A stretch of 64,000 nt of DNA from an uncultured Pseudomonadota bacterium (GTDB lineage: Bacteria; Pseudomonadota; Alphaproteobacteria; JACZXZ01): contig CAVVLJ010000004.1 in the NCBI GenBank assembly GCA_963749075.1, forward strand, positions 96,001 through 160,000, in the 5' to 3' direction. This document shows, piece by piece, positions 50,153 through 59,502 of the stretch; within the stretch, counting starts at the first letter, position 1; each line of letters opens with the position of its first letter. A model generated the notes under the pieces. That model was not told where the DNA came from. It did not search any database and saw only the letters and a list, made by a program, of their open reading frames with translations. A program made the translations under genes and the position numbers.

Positions 50153-51754
50153 ATGGCCGAGCTCTACGAGGCGAAGAAATACGCGATCGATTGGCTCGCG
50201 GAGAACGCCAAGCGCTTCTCCGACTGGCACATGCGCATCTGGCATTACGCCGAGCCGGCGTGGCGCGAGTACAAGTCCGCCAAGGCCTATTGCGATCTTC
50301 TGCGCGCCGAGGGCTTCGCGGTCGAGGAGGGCTCGGGCGAGATGCCGACCGCCTTTGCCGCGAGCTGGGGGAAGGGCGGCCCGGTCGTCGGCACCTACGC
50401 CGAGTACGATGCGGTGCCGGGCAACTCGCAGCAGCCGGTGCCGCGCCAGGCGCCGCGCGCGGGCCTGCATCCCTGGTGTGCCGGCCACACGGATCCCCAT
50501 TCGGCACTCGGCACCACGGCACTCGCGGGCGTGCTCGCCGCCAAGGCGGCCATGGAGAAGTTCGGCATCAAAGGCACGGTCCGGATGTTCGGCGAGCCCG
50601 CGGAGAAGGTGTGCGGCTCCAAGCCCGTGCACGCGGCCAAGGGCTATTTCGACGGCAGCGACGCCTTCATCTCCTACCATCCGCACTTCGGCAACACGGC
50701 GATCTGGGACACCCATTGCGGCTCCTACTGGAGCATCGTCGTCAGCTTCGAGACGCTTCGGCCCGAGACCTGGATCGACAAGAGCCTGGTGCCCTGGTCG
50801 CACACCTCCCACGCGGCCGCGCGCTGCCCGGGCGCCATCGACGCGCTCTGCCTCATGTACACCATGACGAAATACACCAAGGAGGCGATGTTCCCCCACA
50901 GCGGCACCTGGACGCTCAACGAGTTCGTGCTGGTGGGGGGCGACGCCACCTCGGACAACCTGCCGCCGCGGCTCAGCCAGATCCAATATGCCTGGCGCTC
51001 GCCCGACCTCGGCATCCAGCAGCAGATCTACAAGGTGCTCGAGCAGAACGCGCGCCATGCCGCGGGTGCTGCCGGCTGCCAGGCCTCGGTGCGCTGGGTG
51101 ACAAAGACGCGCGTGGGCCTCGCCAACCACGCCATGGCGGATCTCACCTTCGGCAACATGGAGCTCGTCGGGCCGCCCAAGTTCGGCGAGGAGGCGCGCG
51201 CCTTCGCGCGGCAGATCCAGGAGAACCTCGGTTTGCAGCCGATGGAGAACCCCTTCCTCGCCGATGCCGAGCGGCTCATGCCGCCCCAGGAGTACGAGAC
51301 GCGGCTGCGCCGCGCGCTGCCCGAGTGGCAGAAGTGCTTCACCTCCGACGATTACGTCGATTACACCTGGCACGCGCCGACCGTGCGCCTCTTCACCATG
51401 CGGCCGCGCCTCAGGCCCCCAAACGAGGGCTACGAGTATCCCGCCTGGGTGGCGAACGCCTTGGGCGGCTTGCCGGCCGCGATCGATCCCGGCATTCTCC
51501 TCGGCGCCAAGACCATCGCCGCCACCTTCCTCGATCTTTATACGAAGCCGGAGGCGCTGAAGCGCGCAAAGGACGAGTTCGGGGAGCGCACCGGCGGCGG
51601 CGTCGGCGGCTCCAAGTGGGTGGCGCCCTTGCTGCCCAAGGACTTCAAGCCGCCCGTCGACCTGCGCTGGCCCGAGTACATCAAGACCGTGCGCGGCGAG
51701 GAATGGTGGATCCCGACGCCCGCCTCCGGCTCGGGCGCCGGCGAGCGGTTATAA
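50153..51754 (+). CDS. M20 amidohydrolase (AbgB-like)
   Basis: AEPAWREYKS, MPTAF.A, EYDAVPG, GEPAEK...SK, YHP. Confidence 0.85.
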   Translation: MAELYEAKKYAIDWLAENAKRFSDWHMRIWHYAEPAWREYKSAKAYCDLLRAEGFAVEEGSGEMPTAFAASWGKGGPVVGTYAEYDAVPGNSQQPVPRQAPRAGLHPWCAGHTDPHSALGTTALAGVLAAKAAMEKFGIKGTVRMFGEPAEKVCGSKPVHAAKGYFDGSDAFISYHPHFGNTAIWDTHCGSYWSIVVSFETLRPETWIDKSLVPWSHTSHAAARCPGAIDALCLMYTMTKYTKEAMFPHSGTWTLNEFVLVGGDATSDNLPPRLSQIQYAWRSPDLGIQQQIYKVLEQNARHAAGAAGCQASVRWVTKTRVGLANHAMADLTFGNMELVGPPKFGEEARAFARQIQENLGLQPMENPFLADAERLMPPQEYETRLRRALPEWQKCFTSDDYVDYTWHAPTVRLFTMRPRLRPPNEGYEYPAWVANALGGLPAAIDPGILLGAKTIAATFLDLYTKPEALKRAKDEFGERTGGGVGGSKWVAPLLPKDFKPPVDLRWPEYIKTVRGEEWWIPTPASGSGAGERL

Positions 51755-51773
51755 CGATGCAGCGCGGCGCTGT

Positions 51774-51858
51774 CCCTCACCCGGCCGCTTCGCGGCCACC
51801 CTCTCCCGCATGCGGGAGAGGGAAGGGGCCCGTTGCGAAGCAACGGGAAGGGTGAGGG
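51774..51858. repeat. Paired REP-like palindromic element
   Basis: ccctcacccggccgcttcgcggccaccctctcccgcatgcgggagaggg...gggtgaggg. Confidence 0.7.
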
Positions 51859-51895
51859 ACAGCACGGCGCACCGGCGTTGGAAGGACGTTGAATC

Positions 51896-53332
51896 ATGAC
51901 GACGACGCTCATCAGGAATGCCGCCTGGGTGGTGGCGTGGAATGCCGCGCGGGGGCGGCACGAATATCTCTGCGACGCGGACGTGGCCTTTGCGGACGAC
52001 CGCATCGTCCACGTCGGGCCGCGTTACGCAGGCACGGCCGAGCGCGAGATCGATGGCCGGGCGCGCATGGTGCTGCCGGGCTTCGTCAATATCCACGCCC
52101 ATCCGGCGTCCGAGCCCTTCAACAAGGGGCTCATGGAGGAGCGCGGCTCGACCAGGCTCGGCATGAGCTCGCTCTACGAGTTCATGCTTCTGATGCGGCC
52201 CGATGCGGAGGCGGCGCGCGCCGCGGCGCTCTTCGCCGTGGCCGAGCTCTTGAAGAGCGGCGTCACCACCTTCACCGACTATTCAGCACCCCGACCCGGC
52301 TGGCTCGAGGACATCGCATCGACCGGTATCCGCGGCTGCATCGCACCGAGCTACCGCTCGGGCCGCTGGTTCACGCCAAACGGCAGCCGCGTCGAATACG
52401 CCTGGGACGAGGGTGCGGGACGCGAGGCCATGGCGCGGGCGATCGAGATCGTCGACCAGGCGAATAGCCACAACAGCGGGCGGCTCTTCGGCATGGTGGC
52501 GCCGGCCCAGGTCGACACCGTGAGCGCCGAGCTCATCGAGGCGAGCGTCATCGCCGCCAAGGCGCGCAACGCGCCCATCCAGATCCACGCGGCCCAGAGC
52601 GTCGTCGAGTTCCGCGAGATGACGGCGCGCCACGGCAAGACGCCGCTCGAATGGCTCGACGGGCTCGGCTTCCTCTACGAAGGCGCCATCATCGGCCACT
52701 GCATCTTCATCGACGAGCACAGCGCCATCCGCTGGCCGCACGAGGGCGACCTCGAGCGCGTGGCGCGGGCCGGCGCCTCGGTCGCCCACTGCCCCAACAT
52801 CTTCGCGCGCCGCGGCATCGTGCTGCAGCATTTCGGCAAATACCGCAACCGCGGCATCAACATCGGGCTCGGCACCGATACCTTCCCGCACAACTTCATC
52901 GACGAGATGCGCTGGGCCGCGGTGATGTGCAAGGTGAGCTCGGGCAACGTCGAGGGCACCAGCCTGGCCGAAGTGCTCCACGCCGCGACCGTGGGCGGGG
53001 CCAAAGCGCTGAAACGCGACGACATCGGGCGCCTCGAGCCCGGCTGCAAGGCCGACCTCTCCCTCGTCGATCTCGCTCACCCGGCCATGCAGCCCTTGCG
53101 CGATCCGCTCAAGAGCCTCGTCTTCTCGGCGCTCGAACGGCCGATCACCGACGTCTTCGTGGACGGCCGGCAAGTGGTCGCCAGTGGCAAGGTGCTCACC
53201 ATCGACCTCGACGCCGCCGTCGCCGCCGTCAATCGCGGCCAGCGCGAGGCCCTCGCGAAGGCGCCCGAGAACGATTACGCCAGGCGCACCGTCGAGGAGA
53301 TCTTCCCCATGACCCTCGAGATGGGGGGCTAA
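51896..53332 (+). CDS. Metal-dependent amidohydrolase (SsnA/AtzA-type deaminase family)
   Basis: PGFVNIHAH, IHAAQS..E, IIGHC, AHCP, GLGTD, ATVGGA. Confidence 0.88.
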   Translation: MTTTLIRNAAWVVAWNAARGRHEYLCDADVAFADDRIVHVGPRYAGTAEREIDGRARMVLPGFVNIHAHPASEPFNKGLMEERGSTRLGMSSLYEFMLLMRPDAEAARAAALFAVAELLKSGVTTFTDYSAPRPGWLEDIASTGIRGCIAPSYRSGRWFTPNGSRVEYAWDEGAGREAMARAIEIVDQANSHNSGRLFGMVAPAQVDTVSAELIEASVIAAKARNAPIQIHAAQSVVEFREMTARHGKTPLEWLDGLGFLYEGAIIGHCIFIDEHSAIRWPHEGDLERVARAGASVAHCPNIFARRGIVLQHFGKYRNRGINIGLGTDTFPHNFIDEMRWAAVMCKVSSGNVEGTSLAEVLHAATVGGAKALKRDDIGRLEPGCKADLSLVDLAHPAMQPLRDPLKSLVFSALERPITDVFVDGRQVVASGKVLTIDLDAAVAAVNRGQREALAKAPENDYARRTVEEIFPMTLEMGG

Positions 53333-53357
53333 GACGGCGACGCTTGGTGCGCGGTGC

Positions 53358-53458
53358 ACCCCCCTCCCTAACCCTCCCCCTCAAGGGGGGAGGGGATGTC
53401 CTGCGCACGGCCCCGACAGTCCCCCTCCCCCCTTGAGGGGGAGGGTGGGGAGGGGGGT
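53358..53458. repeat. Paired inverted REP-like element (CCCTCCCCCTCAAGGGGGGAGGG)
   Basis: Same family as 26941-27043; between convergent genes. Confidence 0.8.
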
Positions 53459-53484
53459 CTGCCAGGCCGGAACGTGTCCAGGTG

Positions 53485-54663
53485 TTACGCCGCCTCGCCG
53501 CACGCCTTCTCCAAGATCGCCACCATCTCGTCGATCTCCTCGCGCGTGACGGTGAGCGCCGGCATGAAGCGCAACGAGTCCGGGCGCGGCGCGTTCAAGA
53601 GGAGGCCGTGCTCGCGCGCGAGCTCCGCTATGCGCGGGGCGATCGAGCACTTCAAGTCGAGCGCCAGGAGGAGCCCGCGCCCGCGCACCTCGCCGAAGCC
53701 GTGGCGCTCGGAGAGCTCGGCAAGCCGTGCCGCGAGATGGGCGCCGGTCTCGCTCACCCGCTCGAGGAAGCCCGGCCGCGTCACCTCCTCCATGACGGCG
53801 CAGCCGACCGCGGTCATCAGCGGATTGCCGTTGAAGGTGCCGCCCTGGTCGCCGTGGGCGAAGCAGCAGACCTCCTGCCGCGCCACCAGTGCTGCGAGCG
53901 GCACGCCGCCGCCGAGGCCTTTGCCGAGCGTCATGATGTCGGGAAGGACGCCGGCGTGCTGATAGCCGAAGAGCTTGCCGGTGCGGCCGACGCCCGTCTG
54001 GATCTCGTCGAGGATGAGGAGGATGCCGCGCCGCGTCGTGAGCTCCCTCAGCGCGCGCAGATAGTCGTCGCCCGCCTCGAACACCCCCGCCTCGCCCTGG
54101 ATGGGCTCGAGCATCACGGCCACAGTGTTCTCCGTGATCGCCGCCTCGGCCGCGGCGAGATCGCCCAACGGCACCTTCTTGAAGCCCGGCACCTTGGGCT
54201 CGAAGAGCGCCTCCCACTGGGGCTTGCCCGAGGCGGACATGGTGGCAAGGGTGCGGCCGTGGAAGCCGTGCTCCATGGTGACGATCTCGTAGGCGCCGCC
54301 GCGGTGGAGCTGGCCCCACTTGCGCGCGAGCTTGATGGCGCCCTCGTTGGCCTCGGCGCCGCTGTTGGCGAAGAAGCTCTGGTCGAGGCCGCTCCCGCGC
54401 GCGATGAGGGCGGCTAAGCGGATCATCGGCTCGTTCAAATAGGCCGGGCTGCAGTTCATCAGCCTGGCGGCCTGGCGGGAGAGCGCCTCGCGCAGCACGG
54501 GTGGCGAGTGGCCGAGGCAGTTGACCGCCCAGCCCTGCACGAAGTCGAGATAGCGCTTGCCGCTCCGGTCGATGAGCCAGGAGCCGCGGCCCTCGACGAA
54601 GACTTGGGCGGGCCGGCTGGTGATCTCCATGAGGGCGGTCGCTTGCGGGCTTGCGTCGGGCAT
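53485..54663 (-). CDS. argD: Acetylornithine aminotransferase
   Basis: [67 protein letters not shown]; RBS AAAGGAG. Confidence 0.9.
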   Translation of the reverse strand: MPDASPQATALMEITSRPAQVFVEGRGSWLIDRSGKRYLDFVQGWAVNCLGHSPPVLREALSRQAARLMNCSPAYLNEPMIRLAALIARGSGLDQSFFANSGAEANEGAIKLARKWGQLHRGGAYEIVTMEHGFHGRTLATMSASGKPQWEALFEPKVPGFKKVPLGDLAAAEAAITENTVAVMLEPIQGEAGVFEAGDDYLRALRELTTRRGILLILDEIQTGVGRTGKLFGYQHAGVLPDIMTLGKGLGGGVPLAALVARQEVCCFAHGDQGGTFNGNPLMTAVGCAVMEEVTRPGFLERVSETGAHLAARLAELSERHGFGEVRGRGLLLALDLKCSIAPRIAELAREHGLLLNAPRPDSLRFMPALTVTREEIDEMVAILEKACGEAA

Positions 54664-54680
54664 GGCGTCTCTCCTTTGCA

Positions 54681-54712
54681 TAATAAAAAACCCCGCCGAG
54701 AGTCGGGCGGGG
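54681..54712 (-). terminator. Intrinsic (attenuator) terminator in the argD leader
   Basis: CCCCGCCCGA-CTC-TCGGCGGGG followed by TTTTTTATT on the argD strand, upstream of the RBS. Confidence 0.82.
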
Positions 54713-54739
54713 TCCGGATCGTGCATCGTGCGAATTGAG

Positions 54740-54814
54740 CTAGCGCGCGCGCACCTCTCCCGTCCCGCCAAGGCTGCGGCGGCGTCGGACGCGGATGTTG
54801 AGCGCGCTATGCAT
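54740..54814 (-). CDS. Putative Arg-rich leader peptide (24 aa, [24 protein letters not shown])
   Basis: Short ORF with CGC GTC CGA CGC CGC CGC, between the promoter and the terminator of argD. Confidence 0.72.
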   Translation of the reverse strand: MHSALNIRVRRRRSLGGTGEVRAR

Positions 54815-54821
54815 GGGCGCA

Positions 54822-54850
54822 TCAATACGTGAGGTGCTGGGGATTGTCAA
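54822..54850 (-). promoter_or_regulatory. sigma70 promoter of the argD leader
   Basis: TTGACA-N17-TATTGA, ending 7 nt before the leader ATG. Confidence 0.68.
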
Positions 54851-54930
54851 TTCCGCCGCGGGGCGGCGTTGTCCGCATGTCGTCGCGGGGTTATGATGCG
54901 GAGAGAAAACGGGGTCGGGGGAGGTCGGGG

Positions 54931-55744
54931 ATGCGCCTCACGCAAGCCCAGCTCGAGCAGTACGACCGCGACGGCTTCCTCGTCTTCCCGGCGCTGTTCT
55001 CGCCCGAGGAGGTCGCGGTGCTGCGCCGCGAGGTGGCGCGCGTCGCCATGGTCGAGACCGACGCCGTGGTGCGCGAAGGGGAGGCCCAGGCGCCGAAGTC
55101 CCTCTTCCGCCTCCACGAGAGCGACGGCCCGACCGCCTCCGAGGCCTTCCGCGCCGCCTGCCGCCTGCCGCGCACGCTCGGCGTGGCGCGCCAGCTCCTG
55201 CGGCGACGAGCGCCTCTACCTCCACCACTCCAAGGTCAATGCCAAGGCGGCGATCGAGGGCTCGGTGTGGCCGTGGCACCAGGACTACGGCGCCTGGATG
55301 CGCGACGGCATCGCCGAGCCGGCGATGGCGACCTTCATGGTGGCGCTCGACGACGCGAGCGAGTTCAACGGCTGCCTCTATCTCCTCCCCGGCAGCCACC
55401 GCCTGGGGCGCACCGAGCCCTATTTCGACACCTCGACCGCCTACAAGTTCTGGGCGGTGCCGCCCGAGCGCATCAAGGAGATGCTGGCCGAATGCCCGCC
55501 GCCCGTGGCCGTCGCCGGCCAGGCGGGCATGGGTGCCGTCTTCCACTGCAACCTCATGCACGCGTCGGGCCACAACCTCTCGGCCCACGACCGCTGGCAG
55601 ATCTATTTCTGCTACAACACCGTGGCCAATCATCCGCATGACGTCGAGAACCCGCGCCCCGACTACGTGCGCTCGCGCAACTGGACGCCGCTCAAGCTCG
55701 CCGCCGAGAACGCGGTGCTGGAGGCTGGGTTGGCGCGGGCGTAA
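54931..55744 (+). CDS. Phytanoyl-CoA dioxygenase family (EctD/proline hydroxylase-like); +1 frameshift near 55200
   Basis: LTQAQLEQYDRDGFL; then Y.HHSKVNAK, WPWHQDY, NGCL..LPGSH, H.SGHN. Confidence 0.83.
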
Positions 55745-55764
55745 GCAGTCGCGGCGCATTGCCC

Positions 55765-55869
55765 ACCCCCCACCCCAACCCTCCCCCTCAAGGGGGGAGG
55801 GGGATTTGCCGAGCTCGTACATTTATTAATTTTCCCTCCCCCCTTGAGGGGGAGGGTAGGGAGGGGGGT
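55765..55869. repeat. Paired inverted REP-like element (CCCTCCCCCTCAAGGGGGGAGGG)
   Basis: Third copy of the family; between convergent genes. Confidence 0.8.
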
Positions 55870-55884
55870 ACTGCTTCGAGCCCC

Positions 55885-57535
55885 TCACCCCTCCCTCAAC
55901 CGGCTCGGGTGCAGCTCGCCTGCGGCCTCGAGCACCGGGTAGGCGACCGAGCAGATGTGCGAGTGGACTCGCTTCAGGTCGCGCAGCACGTCGAGGTGGA
56001 GCGAGCTCGTCTCGATGCTTTCCGGGCGGCCCTCGCGCAGGCGCGCCAGGTGGTTCTCGGCCGCGGCCATCTCGGCCTCGCGGAGGCTTGCCTTCTCCTC
56101 GAGGAGCCGGCGTGCGGTCCTGGTGTCGCCCGAGATGAAGACGCCGAAGGCGAGCTTCAAGTTGTCGACCACGCGGCGGTGAAAGGCCTCGAGCTCCGCC
56201 GCCCCCTCCTTGGAGAACTGCAGCTTGCGCTTGATCTTCTTGGCCGCGAGCTCCATCAGGTTCTTGTCGATGATGTCGCCGATGTGCTCGAGGTTGATGG
56301 TGAAGGAGATGATCTCCATCGCCCGGCGGCCGTCGGCGTCCTCCAGGCTCTCGCGCGTCACCTTGGTGACGTAGAGCTTGATCGCCTCGTCGAGGCGGTC
56401 GACCGCGTTGTCCATGCGCGAGATCTCGGCGACCATCTTGCGGTCGTCGTTCATCATGGCAACGATGGTCTGCTGCAGCATGGTCTCGACGATGTCGCCC
56501 ATGTGGAGGGTCTCGCGCGCGGCGCAGGCGAGCGCCACCGCGGGGGAATCGATCACCGTCTCGTCGAGATAGCGAGGTGCCGCGGGATCGACGGGCTTCT
56601 TCGCATCGGGGAGGAGCTTGACGAGGAGCCAGGCGAGGCCGTCGAGCGGCACGATGAAGAGCAGCGCCAGCACGAGGTTGAAGGCGGTGTGGAAGTCGGC
56701 CACCTGGCGCGCCGGGTCGGGGTCGAAGCGTGCGAGGAGGTTGGCCAGGGGATGGAGGAAGGGGAGGGCTAAGGCCGTACCGACGAGGCGGTTCATGAGG
56801 TTGCCGAGCGGGAGGCGCCGGCTCGCCGGGTCGCCGCGCTTGCCGCCCTCGATGAGCGGGTTGATGGCGCTCCCGAGGTTGGCGCCGAGCACGAGCGCCA
56901 GGGCCGCCACGGGCGTCACGTAACCGGCGTAGCTCAACGACATGATGAGCAGCACGCTGGCGACGCTCGAGTGCGCGAGCCAGGTGAGCGCTGCGGCGAG
57001 CAGCACGTTCAAGGCGGGCTCGCCGGTGAGGGCTGCGAGGAGGCTGCGCACGGCGGGAGCGCTCTCGGCGGGGGCGAGCGTCCCGAGGAGGATGTGCAGC
57101 GCCAGCAGCATGAGGCCGAGCCCGATCGCGACGCGGCCCAGATCCCGCGTGCGCGTCTGGCCGCCGCGCTTGAAGGCGATGACGCCGAGCGTGAGAAGGA
57201 TCGGCGCCAGCCAGGAGACGTTCGAAGGAGAGCACCTGGACGATGAGCGTGGTGCCCACGTTGGCGCCCAGCATGATGGCGAGTGCCGGCACGAGGGCGA
57301 CGAGCCCGCTCGCGGTGAAGGAGGTCGCCATGAGGGCCGCCGCCGTGCTGCTCTGGAGGATGGCGGTCACCAGCACGCCCGAGAGCATGGCGCTCACGCG
57401 GTTGCGGAGTGCCGTCGAGAGCAGGCGCCGCAGGTCGGAGCCGAAGGCGCGCACGATGCCGCTGTGCACCATGTGCAGGCCCCAGAGCAGCAACGCGATG
57501 CCGCCCATCACGTCGAGGAGGATCATGCTTCCCAT
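55885..57535 (-). CDS. Na+/Pi cotransporter with PhoU domain; +1 frameshift near 57222
   Basis: LQSSTA, LGANVGT, HSSVASV, LGANLGS, NLEHIGDII, TSSLHLDVLRDLKR. Confidence 0.88.
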
Positions 57536-57622
57536 AGGAACCAGCCGACCCGTCGGAGTGCGGCGACGGCGGTGGCCGTCCGACGCAGCGAGGCGGATAT
57601 GTGCGCGCGCCTCTTGCCGATG

Positions 57623-58438
57623 TCAATTGCGCGGAGAAGCCGGGGCGCGGTCCGCTGCGATCACGCGATCGAGCGGGTCGAAGAGGGCGGCGTTGCTCGC
57701 GAGGAGCGCGTTGCCGAGCCTGAGCCCGTCGCCGGCGAGGAAGTCGCTCACCGTCCCGCCCGCCTCGGTGACGAGGAGGATGCCGGCGAGCGCGTCCCAC
57801 GGCTGGAGATGGAGGCCGTAGAAGCCGTCGGAGACGCCGCGCGCCACGTCGGCGAGCGCGAGCGCCGCCGAGCCGGCCCAGCGCACGACGGCGCCCGCCG
57901 CGAGCGTGCGCTCGACCGCAGCCGTGTAATTCGCCGGCGGCGGGCTGCGGCGATAGCAGCCCATCTCGAGGGAGGCTTGGCTGAGGTCGGCGGTGCCGCT
58001 CGCCCGGATGGGCTTGCCGTTCAAGAAGGCGCCGGCAGCCACTGTGGCCGAGAACAGAAGGTCGAGCATCGGATCGTAGACCACGCCAAGCGCAGGCTTG
58101 CCATGAAGCGCAAAGCCGATCGAGACGGCGAAATGCTCGACGCCGTGGGCGAAGTTCGCGGTGCCGTCGAGCGGATCGACCACCCAGGTGGCATCGCTCA
58201 CTTCGCCGCCCGCCTCCTCGCCGAGCAAAGTGTCGGCGGGAAAGTGCCGCTCGACCGCGGTGCGGATGAGCGCCTCGGCCTCGCGGTCGACGGCGGTCAC
58301 ATAATCCTGCGGCCCCTTGAGGCTCACATCGAGTGCGGCACCGCCGCCGAGGCGCTCGCGCATGAGCCGCCCGGCAGCAACCGCGAGCTCGGCGGCAAGG
58401 GCGGCGCGCTCGGCGATGGTGGTCGAAGCCTCGGGCAA
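57623..58438 (-). CDS. Inositol monophosphatase family protein
   Basis: DYVT.VD, LGEE, WVVDPLDGTANF, WDALAG. Confidence 0.9.
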   Translation of the reverse strand: MPEASTTIAERAALAAELAVAAGRLMRERLGGGAALDVSLKGPQDYVTAVDREAEALIRTAVERHFPADTLLGEEAGGEVSDATWVVDPLDGTANFAHGVEHFAVSIGFALHGKPALGVVYDPMLDLLFSATVAAGAFLNGKPIRASGTADLSQASLEMGCYRRSPPPANYTAAVERTLAAGAVVRWAGSAALALADVARGVSDGFYGLHLQPWDALAGILLVTEAGGTVSDFLAGDGLRLGNALLASNAALFDPLDRVIAADRAPASPRN

Positions 58439-58464
58439 GGAACCGCTCGCTTACTTGCGTCCCA

Positions 58465-58562
58465 GAGCGTTTCCCGATCAGGTAGGATCGGGAAACGCTC
58501 CAGGATCATAGGTTCGACGAGCAAATCCCGATCCGGTGATTCGACCGGATCGGGATTTGCTC
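58465..58562. repeat. Double-hairpin (RIME-like) element
   Basis: Perfect 15-bp and 19-bp inverted repeats (GAGCGTTTCCCGATC; GAGCAAATCCCGATCCGGT). Confidence 0.75.
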
Positions 58563-58698
58563 CAGGGCGCTTAAGATGCCGCGAGAGTGGCCGCGGCGAG
58601 CGGCGCCGTCAAGCGCGCATCGCCGCGCTGGCAGCCGCGATGTGCCGTGCTATAAGAGGTGCCCCGCCACGCCGCGGCGGGCACTCAGGATCGCCTCG

Positions 58699-59493
58699 AT
58701 GACGGCTCCCGCGACCGGCAAACCGCCCGCAGTCCCAGTTCCCGCCGCGACGCTTCTGCTGCTGCGCGACGGCGCCCGCGGCCTCGAGATCCTCATGACG
58801 GTGCGCCACAGCGGCTTCTCCTTCGGAGCCGGCGCCATGGTGTTCCCCGGCGGCAAGCTCGAGGCCGGCGACCGCGAGCTCTTGCGCCGCTGCGCCGGAG
58901 CGGCCGGCGCCGACGACGCCGCGCTTGAGCTCCGCGTAGCCGCGATCCGCGAGACCTTCGAGGAATGCGGCATCCTCCTTGCGAGGAAGCGCGGCGGCGC
59001 CGCGCTCCTTCCCGAGAGCGCCGTCAAGGAGTTGCGGCGGCGCCACGCCGGCGGCGCGGATTTCGCCGCCATGGTGGAGGAGGCGGGTCTCGAGCTGGCG
59101 GGCGACCTCTTGGTGCCCTTCGCCCATTGGATCACGCCGGTCACCAGCCCGCGCCGCTTCGACACGCTCTTCTTCATCGCACCCGCACCGCCGGACCAGC
59201 TCGCGAGCCACGACGGCCGCGAGGCCGTGGAGGTCACGTGGACGACGCCCGAGAGCGCCATTGCCGACGGCGACGTCGGCCGGCGCCACCTCATGTTCGC
59301 GACCTACGTCAATCTCCTGAAGCTCGCGCGCTACCGCACCTCGGCGGAGGCGATCGCGGCCGCACCGCGCGGTCCGCTCGTGACCGTGACGCCCGAGCTC
59401 GTCGAGGCGCCGGAGGGGCAGGAGTTCCGCATTCCGGCGGCGGCGGGCTACGGCCTCACCAGCCTGCCCGCGCGGAAGGTGCGGCGGCCCTGA
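58699..59493 (+). CDS. NUDIX hydrolase
   Basis: PAATLLLLRD, VFPGG, AAIRETFEECG, HWITP...RRFDT.FF. Confidence 0.9.
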   Translation: MTAPATGKPPAVPVPAATLLLLRDGARGLEILMTVRHSGFSFGAGAMVFPGGKLEAGDRELLRRCAGAAGADDAALELRVAAIRETFEECGILLARKRGGAALLPESAVKELRRRHAGGADFAAMVEEAGLELAGDLLVPFAHWITPVTSPRRFDTLFFIAPAPPDQLASHDGREAVEVTWTTPESAIADGDVGRRHLMFATYVNLLKLARYRTSAEAIAAAPRGPLVTVTPELVEAPEGQEFRIPAAAGYGLTSLPARKVRRP

Positions 59494-59502
59494 GGAGCGC
59501 CG

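Noticed and set aside
54664-54825. N-terminal extension of ArgD in the ORF track
   Set aside because: It runs through the terminator and leader and has no homologous character. A strong RBS precedes the ATG at 54663.
54931-55744. Calling the PhyH-family gene ectD
   Set aside because: The signature reads WPWHQDYGAW rather than the EctD F.WHSDFETWH motif, and no ectABC genes are in the window.
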